This document shows, in pieces, positions 38,103 to 52,700 of a DNA stretch of 64,000 bases. The position numbers and the translations under genes were made by a program. Position 1 is the stretch's first letter. Each line of letters opens with the position of its first letter. Origin of the DNA: Pocillopora damicornis (taxonomy: Eukaryota). The stretch is from the NCBI RefSeq assembly GCF_003704095.1, contig NW_020846942.1, positions 434,001 through 498,000 of the forward strand, in the 5' to 3' direction. The notes beneath the pieces were generated by a model that saw only the letters and a program-made list of their open reading frames with translations, made no database searches and was not told the DNA's origin.

Positions 38103-41100
38103 CTTGAACGCTATGATATGGCTTTTGGAGGTGCACCCTGCACCAAAGCGACGTGCGAGCCAGGAGCTTATAATTTGATGGAAATTTCACGTAGAAAATG
38201 AGTCATTTTATAGACCGCTTGAAAGTAAACAATCTAACATACCCAGAGCAGGTTACGCACCTTGCCATCATCACTTAGCTATTCGCTCGCTGGATGTTTA
38301 AGGTAGAAGTGTCGCATGAATTATTTATGCATCATTCTCGTAGTTCTTCTTCAACGCTTGGAGCTACAAAGAAAAGAAATCCTGTGATGTCAAAATGTGA
38401 TTTATTCGTCTTGTAGCTTTAGAATGGCCATTTTCAAAAGATAAGGTTTTTGTTTGAGTAATAAAAGTAGCTATAGAAAGGGCTAATGCATAATTCAGGT
38501 TAAAAAGCGTGATTTTCTAGTGCTCCTATGTGTAAATTCAATGACACCTGTACTTCAAAAACACTATTTTTATCACCAAACCACAACATTTGTTGTTCTT
38601 CAATCGATATACTGTGATCCTATTCACAAATTATTTGGATTTATTTTATTTTACACGAGCATTTCACTCAAAAAAGGTTATTGTAGATGGACATATCTGC
38701 ATCGCAGCGCGGTGGGTAAATTATTACGAAGTCTAACTCTTTAGAATTGAAATTTGACCAAAGAGACATTTTTTATCCATTTCTCCGCATTTGAAAATAA
38801 GATCGTCTTAACAATGCGACGTAGAAAATCGCGAGTACGAGTCGGTGAAATAGGAGTTTGCGCATCATGTACAATAAATTTGACCCAACTCACCGGTGTT
38901 CGCTCTGTGCGGCGTGTGAAAATTACGTTTACATCTTTAAAATGGCTTTGTTTAACGTCTACAATAGTATACCACAGATTTATTCAAAGCTTCCATAGAG
39001 CAGTAGGGAAAATTGATTAATTAAAAATTCGTCCCGTGTTCTTATGTCGAAATCCTTAGTCACTTCCTCCACATACACTGTTTTTGTTTAAAATTGACGC
39101 AAAATAGTCTTACCACAACTTGAGCTTTGAGTTCCTCGATTACGATATTCAAACATTGCTTTTCTTCAAGTTTCTTTAGTATTTGATCATTGTCATGTAG
39201 GGCTGAACTGATCTGTAATGAAAATTAGGAAGGTTCCTTAACGCAAATGATAGCACCCCGGTAACGGGTTAAGGAAAAACTTGTTAAATATACCTCGTTG
39301 TTGAAGGATGTGTACTTATAGGAACGCGTCTCTGGGTAGGATACGCGTTGAATCGAATGATCCTGAAGCCTTGATGGATTTGGGCGTTGTTGTTTTTTCA
39401 ATTTTGGAAAACGGCAGAAAATGACTGCAGTTACTTAATAAGAAGCTTAGTCAAATTGCCGCCGGACAAATAACATGAATCATTCTAGGTAATTTCATAC
39501 CACGAATCACATGAATTTGCATTTTCACGTTATTTTTCGTGAAATTTCATGTATTTAAGCAAGAAAATTGGAAACGATTCAATAAGAAAAGACAGCGCAT
39601 TTTGGCAAGGAGATGATGGCATAAATGCCGGACAGAGTTGGCAGGTGACTACAGGGTTGTTTGGAAGCTGAAAAAACCAAACGTAACAGAAAGTAAAAAT
39701 AGGACGTTATTACAGAGGTGTAAAATTTGCTCAAAATGCTTAACCAACCATGAACTGAGAAATAATCGCTCGTTACTCGTAATGGGCAGTGATTGATACT
39801 TGACATGTACTCTTGGGATTAACACTCCATTGAAGTGCGTTGATAGCCAAGTGACAGGAATATCTAACGACATAACATTCAGGATCATAATCACAAGACG
39901 CGCACTTAGTATTTCTTGTAGGCCGATTTAAAAAATTATGAATTTATCTATTTTTGTCCATTGCGTTGATCAATGAACTTGCTGGGTCCCATAAATTTGC
40001 TGGCCATGTCGCTATGATCGCTGTTTTCGTTCGCACTTAATCTTTGACACCAACACAACCTGTGAAATTGTAATTTCTTTCATAATTGTGATTTTTGTGT
40101 CTGCGATTAGAAACAAGTCTTACTCAACCGAGAAATTCGTCAGACCCCGGCGGCTTGGGAGTATTAAAAAAAAATAAGCCAAGGATCTGTAGCGGAGTAA
40201 CTCGAAAAGGGGGCAGCCGATTAGTGGACACCACTATAATGGCGAGGCACCTGCGATCGCGAAATAAAAAAATGGTTTCATCGCAAACCCGAAGCGCGCG
40301 GTTTTCATCTTGTAGAGGAAGTCAAGGCCTCCGGCCACAAGCCTCGTATGATGTACAACACCGTGAAAATAAGCTATAGTTACCAGAGTTTCGCCTTCCC
40401 CATTCGGTTTTACTCTGATGCTATCAAAGCTATCAAAGCCTTAACTTTGTATCCTTCGCTACATATCCTAGAAATCACTAACAATCTATTTCACGTGACT
40501 CGTTCCCAGTCGTCTTCAGAACGTGAACGGCAGATGAGCGTAAACGGGAGAGGAAGTCTTCTCTTTCTTTTTCCAATCAGCCCTTTCTTTCACGCTGCAC
40601 TCCCGAACCACACGCGTTTTGAAGAAAACTGGATTTGAGGAAAATTGTTCTACTCCGACCAAAATTACAGCTCTGAAGAAGCGTGGATTTGAAACTAATA
40701 AACCCAGTATAGTTAAAATGTAAAAGTTCCTCAAAGCGACAAAGATTCTTATTCATGAAAGGTTTACTCTGATAGATCGAGAAAAAATTGCCGACAAACC
40801 CCATGTACTTGGAGGACTGTATTTTTGAGCGAATTCATTTCCTAATTTTCGTATTTTGTCAAACGACACGTTTTTGAGTATCATTTTCGAGCGATGACTT
40901 CACTTCATTATGTGTAAACTAAAGGTAAATTGCTTTTTGTTAAAGAATCTATCATAATTAGTTCTCTCGTAATACTCTATTTGTACAACATTTCCGTTGA
41001 AAGAGCACGGGAATAGTAACAATAATACGCAACTTGGACATTTTCGTATGGACGAGGCCCTAAATGTTAATTTGAATAATAATTTGTTACTGACTCACTA

Positions 41101-41274
41101 AATTTACACTGATTTATAATGCAGGCTCTTCAAAAACGCAGTTTAGGCTTACGGATGAATTTTGCTAGAATCGAGACTCTACGAAAATAACTTTACACGG
41201 TGACTGTCTGCTGTTTTGTAGGCGACCACCAACTGCACGCCACACCGAGCATCATAGCCAGTTTATGTGATAAA

Positions 41275-41760
41275 GGTTTACAGTCAAGTCGCCCGAGGGT
41301 CATCTCGCCCAAAGTCATGTCGCCCGAAACCTGAGTCATGTTGCCCGAAATTTTAGTTATGTCGCCCGAAAAAAAAAGTGAAGTCGCCCGAAGAAACAAA
41401 TACTAAAAATATCAGAATTACAGCTGTTAATAGGCAATAACGTTGAGAAATTTTTATCAGAGAAAAAGTTTCTCAGGCTTACGAAACGTCCGTGAGTAAG
41501 AAACGATTGCATACCAAACGAACGCTGCATTTTGTTGTTAGAAACGAACAACATTTCCCTTTGTTGTTAGGGACGAACAACGCTTTAAGAATCTTCATGA
41601 TGTTGTCGGAAACAAAGAGCGCTTCAGTGATAAAAATTTCTCAAACGTTATTGCCTATTTACAGTCTGAAATTCTGATCTTTTTTGTATTTGTTTCTTCG
41701 GGCGGCATTACTAAAATTTCGGGCAACATGACTCAGGTTTCGGGCGACTTGACCGGTTCC
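41275..41760. mobile_element. Mutator (MULE)-like MITE with long TIRs and TCGCCCGA subterminal repeats
   Basis: Left arm about 41275-41460 is inverted against about 41629-41760. GG...CC ends. Flanks tgtgataaa (41266-41274) and tgtgattaa (41761-41769) form a 9-bp TSD with one mismatch. Confidence 0.75.
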
Positions 41761-41814
41761 TGTGATTAACTATCGCAGGTTCGACCAAGGTTTTGAAAGT
41801 CTTTTGTCAAGATG

Positions 41815-44800
41815 CTATCTTTCAAATCGCTGAAGCCTTCTTCTACAAACTTCATCCAGCGAACTTTCCTGGGGCGTGACGCTTTCCGGGGGGTACGGCG
41901 CATGTCTCCCTGTGTATCCGTTAACAACGTGTTCTTGCGGGGGAGCAGAAGGTTCTGGATCCGTAGAGTAGGATTCCGCTATCCCCGAAGGGTACGGTGG
42001 AGACTGCGCGAACGCCCCGCCTGTATAGGGAGTAGGATCCGGCAGGCGGGGATAAAGACCTCCTCCCTCTCGAGGGTAGGGCGGAACTTCTTGGGAGGGG
42101 TAGGCTGAGGGCCCCTGAGTGGAGTAGGGTGGCGGCCGCGAAGAAACGCCACCAGATGAAGTTGCCGACCGAGAATTATAACGGCCCCCATTTTGAGGGG
42201 GGTATGGTGGGGATCCGGAAGATGGCCCTCTTCTCTGAGGCTGTTGGTTATCAGACCACCGAGAGGGCTCCCCTCCTGGGTTATCTAGGCTCTCTCTTAT
42301 TGCCGTCTGTATCCTTGGGTCATAATCATCCAGGTTTGGCTGTCGATTCATATGTGTTTCTCGGAGGCTTGCCCTTATAGCTTCTCTGAGTTCTTCATCA
42401 GCGGAATCATCGTCATCTGGAGGCTGTCTGTTTCGTCTTCGTCCTGTAGAAAGATTGGACTTAAGATGAGGGAGGCTCACTTAAGTTTTGATTAGAGATA
42501 CTGATGTTTTACAACAAGAACAAGGTTCACCATGGTATTCAGGCACGAGTAGTTGCATTTGTACTTTCAGGCAAGAAACTGTTACCCTTTACACCCTAAC
42601 ATCAATATGCATATTTTCCATAGTGTTCTCCATAAATTTCCCAAGATGCTGAAAGGGAGAACTTGTGAGGAAAAGAGCTTCTTTGGTTGATAATCAGTTC
42701 CTTTATTCTAGTGATTTAATTGTGTGATTCAGAGATAATATTGCTTAGAGAAATTAGATAATAGTCACTCTTAAAGATCAGAGGGTTAATTACTCCTACG
42801 ATTTAAAAGGTTAATACCAACACTCTTTATGTGGAGCCTGTTTCAAATAGTTAGTTTATTTCTTGTTAACCTGTTGTCCCCACATGGTAGGTGTATGATT
42901 GTCTCATTCTTCTTGTCACTCCTGATCCTAGCAAAAAAGGGAGTTAGCACTTAAAATTCAGGCAAAGAAAAATAATCTACAAATACAAATATAAGTTAAA
43001 CTCAAAACGACACTTCTTAACCCTTTACACTCTTACTTCAGTATGCATATTCTCCATACTGCTTTCGATAAATTTTCTAGGGCATTGGCAAGGAGAATTG
43101 TTTAACAATCAAGAACTTCTTTAGCAGCTGATCATTTCCTTTCTTCTTCTGATCATAATCTCTGTGCCATTTTCGATAAATTTTCTAGGGCATTGGCAAG
43201 GAGAATTATTTAACAGTCAAGAGCTTCTTTGGCAGCTGATCGTTTCCTTTCTTCTCCTGAACATAATCTCTGTACCATTTCAATAAATTTTCTAGGGCAT
43301 CGGCAAGGAGAATTGTTAAACAATCAAGAGCTTCTTTAGCAGCTGATCATTTCCTTTCTTCTCCTGACCATAATGTTTGATTCATGGGTAATATGATGGG
43401 AAGAAATTAAATGCAAGTCACTTATTAGGGTCAAAGGGTTAGTTGAACCCCTATTTCAGTCTCATCTCAACTGAATGGGGGGCACTTGGAACTAATTTTA
43501 CCATATCACCCCAATAGTTGTTTGCTATAACATAACATAGAACACCATATATCACCCCAATAATTGTTTGCTATAACATTACATAGAACACACTTTTCCA
43601 AGTAACAGTGATGAATTAAGGTATACATTATGAGAATAACCATTCACAAAATGACCTAAATAGTTAGGGTAAATTTCCAGGAGCATAGTTGTATTGTGTT
43701 AAATTATTTTTAAAACTTTTGCATGGACACTTAAAAATTAACAGTAAGGAATTGTTACTATTTTCTTTTCACTCATTACAATATTACACGGTTTTGAAGA
43801 AAAAAAGGTCTGCATATTAACTCAGTGTTTCAGGCAGTGGCTTTCAAACTTTGAAAAAGAATTGATAGCAGAAACCAGAAACAAGAAACCTGAAAAAGGA
43901 TTATAAATTATCAGATCATTTTTGGATTCTGCATTCAAAAGAAAAAAAATTATGAGTGATGTGTTTGGTGTAATGTGTTGATTGAATAGGGATGGAGGTT
44001 TTCCAACAAAGGAACAGGTCCTGGTTTTTCAAAGGTCGAATAATGCTATCCACAGGATAAATCTCAACATGATGGATAATCTCTATTAAAAATCTATCTG
44101 CTGGATAGTAATTTATCTGTTAGATAGAATTATTAAACCTTTATACAACAATTAGTTAAGTTTAAACCTGACTGGTACAGAAAATAAATAACCAAGCAAT
44201 GATGATGCATTTGTTGAAAGATGTTCTTTTCATCTTGTCACAGACATGTGAAAAAGAGAAATTCTTGAGTTCTAAGGGCAAAATAAATGTTAGATCACCA
44301 GATTTTGGACTTTGATGCTCAACCTTTTAGCCATATGGACTCTCCTATGAGGACAGTTGTTACTGGGTTCAAAGATAACACACCCACTGTATACTGCAAT
44401 GCTAGGAGCCTTGTGTGAGTAAATAGTAATCCTAATAGTATAAATACAACTACTACTTCTAATAATAATAATACAGAGGATTTAGGTGGAGCTGTTTCTA
44501 CCAAGTATCCAACAGTACTTTACAATATTGAAAGTTAAATAATAAATTAATTAAGAATAGAACATCAATGAGAGTTAGAACGAAATAGAAAAATGGAATA
44601 GAAAAACTAGAATAATAAAGACGTAAAAATTTAAATTCAGTGTTGAGATGAAGAAAGATGTTTTTCATCCATAATAACACAAACATCATTTCAGACAAAA
44701 TTTAGCTGGCTTTTCCTTAAATAAGGGAAATAACGCTAGTATTGAGTAACTTACCAGCACCACTGATTGTATCCATGATATACTTTAAAGGACCTTTAAC

Positions 44801-45433
44801 GTACATCATTCCCACAAGAATACCAGCTAAATGACCAGTAAATGAGGCATTAGGAACAAGAAGCTGAATGACAATCAACTCCGCCCAACAGGCCCACCTC
44901 ATTGGTACTGGGAACATACCCATCACCATGGAAACACCAGAAGGAAGGTTGTACGTTGTAAGAACTTTAAGGGCAAAGATGACACCTGAAAAACCCGCAG
45001 CACAGGTGTACATGTAAGAAAAGTCCTCAGTTACGTTCGCCAGAACCATGTCTAAAGCAACAAGAACGGTGTTAGTTAAGGCAGTGAATACGGACAAGAT
45101 GTACAGAAATTTCGGACTTCCCATCCTTGGTTCAAGCGACATGCCCTTCCAAACGAACGAGGCCATGTTGTAGTACAAATGAAAGTCGTTTAAGTGATAA
45201 AAGGCAGCGAAAATGATTCGCTTCCAGTCGCCATTGTACCAGACATGATGGGCACTAACACAAGCTTTTCCGAGAGATGGAAGGTTGTTCAAAAGCTGGA
45301 GATAAACTGCGACGTTTATACCGATGAAAGTCAGTGTTACAGGAGGAATCCTGTTAAAACCAATGTTGTAGAGCTGGCTGGCCAAAAATAACAATCCGAT
45401 CCCCGGGGATCTTCTTCGCCCCGGCCGGAACAT
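41815..45433 (-). CDS. RHBDD1: Rhomboid-related protein 4 (ERAD rhomboid protease), 2 coding exons, about 435 aa
   Basis: Exons 45433-44755 and 42443-41815 (phase 1). IPPVTL, HLYYNMAS, catalytic GFSGV and GHLAG, UIM-like DEELREAIRASL, C-terminal VCP-binding-like RRRLQRF. Confidence 0.93.
43017..43442. mobile_element. piggyBac-type MITE expanded by an internal tandem triplication of about 108 bp
   Basis: ttaaccctttacactc ... gtcaaagggttag. The unit tttcgataaattttctagggcattggcaaggagaatt... starts at 43063, 43171 and about 43278. Confidence 0.75.
43501..43590. repeat. About 45-bp tandem duplication
   Basis: ccatatcaccccaata.ttgtttgctataacat.acatagaaca occurs twice. Confidence 0.85.
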
Positions 45434-46742
45434 TGTTCATCATAAAATATCAGGAAGGAAAAGTTCCTTTCTAAAGTCGACCTTTGGCGTATTCGTTTCC
45501 CTTTAGCACGTCAAAATACAGGTGTAACTCAGTGACCTTATACTCTATAGTGGCTCCCAAAAAGAAAGGCTCTTCTTTTATACTTTTGTTAATCTGACGT
45601 GTCAAAATTAATTTCGATTTCAAAATGCCTTACTCATCACTTTTTCAACCTGCCCGCCATCTTTGGTAGACTCGTCTCAACCAGCACCAGTGTAGTGTTG
45701 AATATTTGCTAGGGCAATCTAAGAATACCAAGAGACTTCTTCATTGAAATGTGACAGAAATAAAATACAAGGGCCAACACTGTTCTCTCGCGCTATGAAA
45801 GTGTAAAACTTTAAAATAAAAATAAATATAAAACCTACTCTCACCTCAGTGGGTTTACGTTCGTCTATCGACCAGCGGAAATTTCCGACATTGCACGTCA
45901 TATTTGACGAATTGAGATATACCTAGCCTTCTCCTTGGTGCCTGCTCGCGGTGCACTCAGATCTCCTGACATCTGATACAATAATTTTAAGAAACGGTCG
46001 GGCACTTCACTCTTCGATTCAGTCATTCATCCAGAGGAGAGAAGGAAACTAGTATATATTTGGGGTTAGCTGAGGAGAATCCTCTATATAAGCTTTAATT
46101 TCATCTTTGATGCTACATACGGTATCACTGCTGAGGTAAGGTACTTGATTGCAATTTCATTCAGGCCCAAACTTTAACAGGTTTTTAAATAAAAAAAAAT
46201 AAAAGAAGAAAAAAAAAAAACCTGCGAACATCTGAAGATTGGTGAAAATCAAAATGGTTTCAAGAAATGATAAAATATCAACAACAAAAGTAAAAAAACT
46301 TTTATTTTTCAGAATCTAGTACAATATCCTAGTCTACCCTTAATCAGGTAGATAGTGGATGCTGAAGGAGTATGCCTTATGTCACACGCCAGTCTGGACT
46401 TTGCACATATGTGAAGTGCGGTGGTTACTGTGTGATTACTGCTTGGCAGCCTATCAATCACTAATGCTTTGTGAATTCCTGACATGTCTTTTGAGTTCAC
46501 AGAATTTACTCGGAAGGATATTAAATTATTCGTATATAAAATTTAGATTCCTAATATTTGGAGCGCCACCAATATCGTCATTGAAACGATAGAACACCGA
46601 TATTTTCTCGACGTTTCTCGCCTAGTTTTTGAGTAATCTTCGTTCTATCAAATATATGTAGCTTGTATCCGAAAACCAGGGTCGTAATTGTTTACCCTGA
46701 CGACGATCTCGAGCTGATCACGTGAACTTCACGTGGCCTTCA

Positions 46743-49700
46743 TCATGAAGGAACTATGATGTATGGCTGAAATGGAACAAAGGCGCCCTTTTCGTGACAG
46801 ACAATGATCCACCTGGGTCGCACAAAGGCCAGGGAAGGGTTTTCATCGAGGGCCTGGGAACAAGAGGAAAAACAACTGGTTACGTTTATAACACATCAAA
46901 TAGACACTGTGGGAACAGTAAAAGACAATTATGAGTTTGGCTGACATGTGTCGATTTCCAGATTTTTAAAATTCTTTTAATTTCATACATAAACGAAGGT
47001 CTCTTTCCCCCGACCTCGCATTGAGAAATTGCGTAAAAAAGAATTCAATTTCCCTTCCTATTTTCAAGTCATTTCATCGGCAAAAATAAGTTCCATGTAA
47101 TTCTGCATAATTACCTAGACTCAGAACGACAGATCGATGTTAGTCTTATCGTGGTAAGTATTGCTTGTAAAACAGTTGCTTAAGAACAAAAGGGAACAGC
47201 CGATGTGCACACTTTACTTACCTCATCAAAGTTTTTGTCCCAATCCTCATTGGTTATGACAAAGTCGACATTATCATTCATATACTCTTCTATAGTTCTG
47301 CAGAGAATGTAACAAGAGACATCAAAGATAATTCCGAGGATTGAGAAGAATTTCCGAAAAGAGGACGGTGATTCAGCTCTTTTGACGCCCACAAAAAGTG
47401 TTTCACAATCAAACAAATCCCTCACCCATTATAAGCAGTGATGTATCTTATCAACAGTCTCCTGGTCTTGCCATCAATTTCACCATACAGCATGAAATGC
47501 TTATGAGAGAAAAAATCAGGTAACAGGGGAAGGTCCTCTGAGCTTGAAATGACTTCGTCAGCAGACTCCGCCTTTCCTGCAAAAAAAAAAAAAAAAAAAA
47601 AACGGTGGAGGTCTGGGGACATGTTTTCTAAAAATTTCTTGATGTGATTTATGACAGAAATTGGAGGAGCGTAGAGAGAGATCGGCAACTCCTGGTACAT
47701 GTTAATAATTAGCCCGTCAAAAATTCTTTCTCGAAAATTGAACAACGTTCTGAGGAGAAAAACAATTTTAGTTCTGATTTTGAATTTGCTGAGATCTTGC
47801 ACTGATAGGACCCATGAGTTTAATATTTTGATTAAAAAAAAAAGGGATTCGAGGTGTTTCTTTGAAGGCCACCTTTTCCTCCCGTACCTTGTTCGTCATC
47901 AGTCGTACCGCCATATATATCTTCGCCTTCACCAGTTTCTTTTTGGATTCTACAAAGATAAAATCAATGAAATGAATACCCATAGTCAGAATGCCTGCCA
48001 ATGACACCTAAAACCTCCGAAGGGATGTTCGGTTAGGGCTGTTTTCAACTACGTCTCGAATTAATTGACTTGGTTTTGCATTGCTAAGCCCTGTGATTGG
48101 TCAAGAAAACTCGCTCCGCCCCCTCAACCAATCAGATGCCGTATAAAGACACAATCACGACTTGATCACGCGCGTTTTCCCGCGCTTCAATCAAGTTCTT
48201 GGTTTTCACCAAAAGCGCATTAGCTTCTTGTATTCTTGAATTATTTTTCTTTTTTCTGAATTGTCGATGAGGATAATTTTAGTCGCCTTTTTACGACACT
48301 TAATTGAAATACGCATAACCATTTCTTTCCCGCCCGGTTCTTGTTGCCATTACTGTAGTGGCTCATTTGCTTTCAGGTTCTGGTATGCTCACCTTCTTAA
48401 TTCATCCTCTGTATCATGATCACTGCATGAAGTCTCTTTTGGGCTCAAAGGAGATGGAGCAGTTTCATTTTTACCACTCTTTTCCGGTTGAGGTGATTCG
48501 TCGTCAGTTGAACCACCATAAATGTCATCTTCCTCCTCTATTTTCCCGGCTGCATCTTAAAAAAAAATACAGAAAACAGATTTGATTGAAAAAGCCTCGG
48601 CAAAGTTACAACAAAATCTAAACCGGCATTTACAATTACCCCATTTTTAACAGTTTTCAAATACTTTTTTTTGTTGCATGTCTGTGTTTTCGAAATGTTT
48701 CAGTGCTGTGCGTTACTATCATTCTTCAAAGTAGAGGTTTGTTTCTGAGAAGTGAGTCTGCGTCTACGTACCTTTCTTTTCATTTGGACCCGAGACTTTT
48801 GCCACTAGAGTTTTGTCGCTCTCTTCGGGAGTGTCGTCTTTCTGCACGTGAACAAATTAGAGTCGTTTTCGTTCAGACCAAATAGAGCAAATTTCGATTT
48901 CATGCTTTACATAACCAATGGGGTGACTGAGGATCCAAATGTTTTGTACCACACTTGAGTTGTATACAATAGAAATATTTAGCATCGCGTTTACATGAAA
49001 CGGCAAACGTCATGTTTCACGTAAAATAGCGTAAACCTTTCTACTTTAGCTTTGCATTAGTTCATGTCATCTCGGCATTTGAAGGATTTTTAACGTAAAA
49101 CTTCATCTGCCCTTATACGACTTATAGGAAATAGTTTTTGGTGCCCTTCTTCCGCCAATAAAATTCTACTCTGTAAAAGAAAAAGTGAAGAAAATCTTAC
49201 GTACACGGCAACCGTGAAACAGCTTATTTTCACGCAGAAACGCCAAAGCGCAACCCGCAAACGGGAAAAATGGCGGGACGTGGTTACGTGGTCACTCTTG
49301 CCCTTCACGTTTCACGTAAACGCGGTGCTAAATCTCCCTAATGATAAAAGTTCACGAAAACACAACCAGCAAATCACGAGCATCACTTATCGCACCTTTG
49401 AATTCGCATCACTTGCTGGGGCCTTCTTGTAATTCCGCTCATTTCTGTCACTTCCTGTTTTAGGAGGCGGCCGTGCTGGTTTGGCATCCTCCCCTTCACT
49501 GCTTTCATCAGATGAACTACTGTCGCCTGGTAAGTGGTAACTTACAGAAAAAAAGAAAAGTCATCAAGAACGTTAACTAATTGGGAGGAAAAGTCGATAA
49601 TCTGTAAATCGGACGGAACTAGCCGGAATCGAGCGGAAGCGTCCAAATACGGACGAAAGTGGCGAAAACAGGACGGAAACCGACAAAACACTTTTTAACA

Positions 49701-52700
49701 CTCACGAAACACAAACGCAACGTTGCATAAGGGACATCTCCCAATTTCCTGACACAAATTTTCCCGAGAGTCCTTAGTGAAATATGTGGTACAGGAGCGG
49801 AGTTACTTACTGTCGAGTGGGCAAGCATCTGCTTTTTTTAAAACAGTCAGTTATCCACTTTTTTGTGACGATCTTTCCTTTCCCTGAAGTTTAGTGAAAA
49901 AAAAAATAGTGCAAACAAAATAAATCACATTATGACCTTTAACAAGTAAAGAATAAATCTTTGTAGGTTATGTGCAGTTCAAGTCATTGCAGAAAATGAA
50001 GATTGAAAAAATTCAGGCGTCAACAAGGATGAAGCCCTTAGCACCCTGCTTATGTTTACTTTAACCTTTACACCATAATATCACCAGGACCTAGTTTAGT
50101 TGGTGATCATTTCCTTTATTCTCATGACCTGAATGTTTGATTCAGTGGTGATATTGTAAGGAGAAATTAGAGGCTGTTGACGATCATGAGTCAGAAGGTT
50201 AACTTCGCATCCAAAACTCAACTGTATTTCTTAAGTCACTGACACATACTTGAGATTTAGCGTAAACAATAACTAACCTTTCACTTGGTTGAACTTTGGA
50301 GTGTTGGCGAAGGCACAACTACAAAAGGAGAAACATGGGCCATAAAAATTCATTCAGTCCCTTTATGCTACCCCGTGTATCTTACCATTTTCAGATTGTC
50401 CTTGATTCGGAAAAGGAAAATATCGTTGAAAAGGATCCTACATTCTTATTCATGAGTGGACGGAGATACTGTAAGAGCGTGCGCCAAAAAAGGTTCAAAT
50501 TGAGAATACCTCTGGCTTATCAACCAAGTTTGAGGTCCACGCTGTAAGTCGAAAATTGAAGGAGGGCAAAAAGTGTAAGAAGTGCGAGGACGAGGCTAAT
50601 GCCTAAATATATATTACTACATCTCTATTGTAGGTCTGACGGCTTTGAAAAAAAAAATTTCTAGCTCAGTACACCCAACAGCTTCACATGACTGACGCAC
50701 GTCGATAGCCAAACGCATCATTTCGAAACCGTCGTACACCCATTAGCACGTTTTAACCCAGAATGTAAAGAAGAAGAAAGATTTTCTTCTACTAAAGGTA
50801 CTATTAATAGCAAGACTGCTTTGGCAACAAAACAGTTTTAAATGTTAGAGAACCGTGACCGTGCAGAAAGCAGGGTACGGCTCGCTAAGTCGACTTATCA
50901 CAGCACGCCTCTTACATCAGATGAGTGCATCCTTTTCCCCAGTCCTGTCTGTACTGCGCTCCCATCTGCAATGCCTTTTCGCGAAGATTACCTCGCTCAG
51001 GGTTCACAAATCCACTCATAACAAACACTACGCCTTTCTTAAAGAAACCAAAAAACAAATGTATGGAGCAATAAGAGACCCATTAGAGCCTATAATAAAC
51101 TGTTTATGTTTAAGAATGAGGTCAAAGCACAAACAAGCTGAGGCGTGGAGTGTGGATTTTACAATTAAGCCTAACGTTACCATAATTTCACCAAAAGGAA
51201 CAGAACTTTCGTCACGTATAGGAGAGTCTGAAAAAAAGCAGCAAAAAGTTATCTATTGCCTGGTAATTTTGTCACCGGTTTGCCTTTTCTATAAATGTTG
51301 TGGAGGTGTCAAAATGAATACAGTCGTAAAATAGGTTGTGGTTTTTCATCCTGGTAAATAACAGATCAAAAGAGAAATAAAAGCGTTTGTCTCACGATGT
51401 GGTCGCTTCAGATATGGATAGCGACCTTTCGACTGCATACTGCTGGTCTTCTTCAGACGGTCATGGTGAAACAATTTGAAAAATTCATCTCTGGTTATGT
51501 CCTTTTACCTCTTTTTTTCTTGGATGGTGGTGCTGGTTTATTATCATTTTTCTCTTTTGGTGAATCTTCATGCTTCCGTTTGGTGCTCTGAAACACAAAA
51601 ATATAAAAACTTCAATTAACAAGCGTTCACCTAGCACAATACTTCATAACGCGACTCTATCAGTATGCAAAAATCCCGAGCAATTAGTAAAAATCGAGGG
51701 CGGTTTCAAGACAGAATAGTGAAAAATTAACGATTAAATCCAAATTCCTCGAGTAGCAAGTGAACCACGGCTGGTTAATTCAACGACCGAACAGAACAAA
51801 ATAATGTAAAACCTATGCGGAGGCAAAAAGATTATTCAACGTAAGGAGACAGCCGTCCTGACCGCGTGAAAACGTGATTGATCAAGTAACTGAATGGAAA
51901 ACTGGTGCAACTCTTCTAACCGATTACCGAGCACAGAGAAACAAACCAATTTCCAAACACTTTTAATCACTCTCAAGTAAGAACCTACCTCGCTTGTTTT
52001 CCTATGAGAATACCTCTCGCCCGGTTTTGGGGAAGATCTACCACCAATTTTGTCTGCTCTGCCTCTGGCCACTGGTTGTCTGTCCGAGGCTACTGAGTGT
52101 GTCTCTCTATCCCCTGACTGTCCATCCTTTGTTGATGGGTGCTTGTGATTCTGAGCAGTGCTGGCAGCAATTGTTCTCTTGTCGACTGAAGAAATGACTG
52201 TTGATGCTGCTGCTCGAACTTCAGCTGCAGTGGACATGGATGGCGGAGAGCTTTTCTTTTGAAATTTTTTGAAAAAGAGATTTCCAGAAGAAATTTTTTT
52301 CTCTTCAGTGTCACTATCACCTTTTAATGTAAAACGTCCAAGTCTCTTTGAAGCCTGAAATGATTTTAAGGAAATCATGATCATATTGGTCAGAGCTTTT
52401 CAAAAAAAAGTTAGCCATGTTGTGCTAAAGAATGAGCCAGGAACATGATATAAATGAACCACATTTGTCAAAAGAAGTAAGCCTATCACCAGACAGAACA
52501 TTTGAACATCAAAACATTTACTAAATCTAAGAACTACTGGCTTGACTTCAAAGACATCCTACACTAAAAAAAAAATGGTTATTTAAGAGAGCTTATATGG
52601 TTGGCAGCCCATAATAAGCATTCTTATCAGAGTGAAGCAGTGAATCATGCTTCAACACAGGAGTAGAACTATTTACTTTTTTTTATCTCAGGGATTTACG

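Noticed and set aside
46060-46463. Possible small spliced + strand ORF with an in-frame TGA (GC*R), i.e. a selenoprotein
   Set aside because: No start codon or convincing upstream exon, weak acceptor, no recognisable SECIS or homology.
51396-51432. Candidate cassette exon (cag...gtgag) in XRCC1 intron 9
   Set aside because: At 37 nt it breaks the frame and creates a stop in the next exon; exons 9 and 10 already join in phase.
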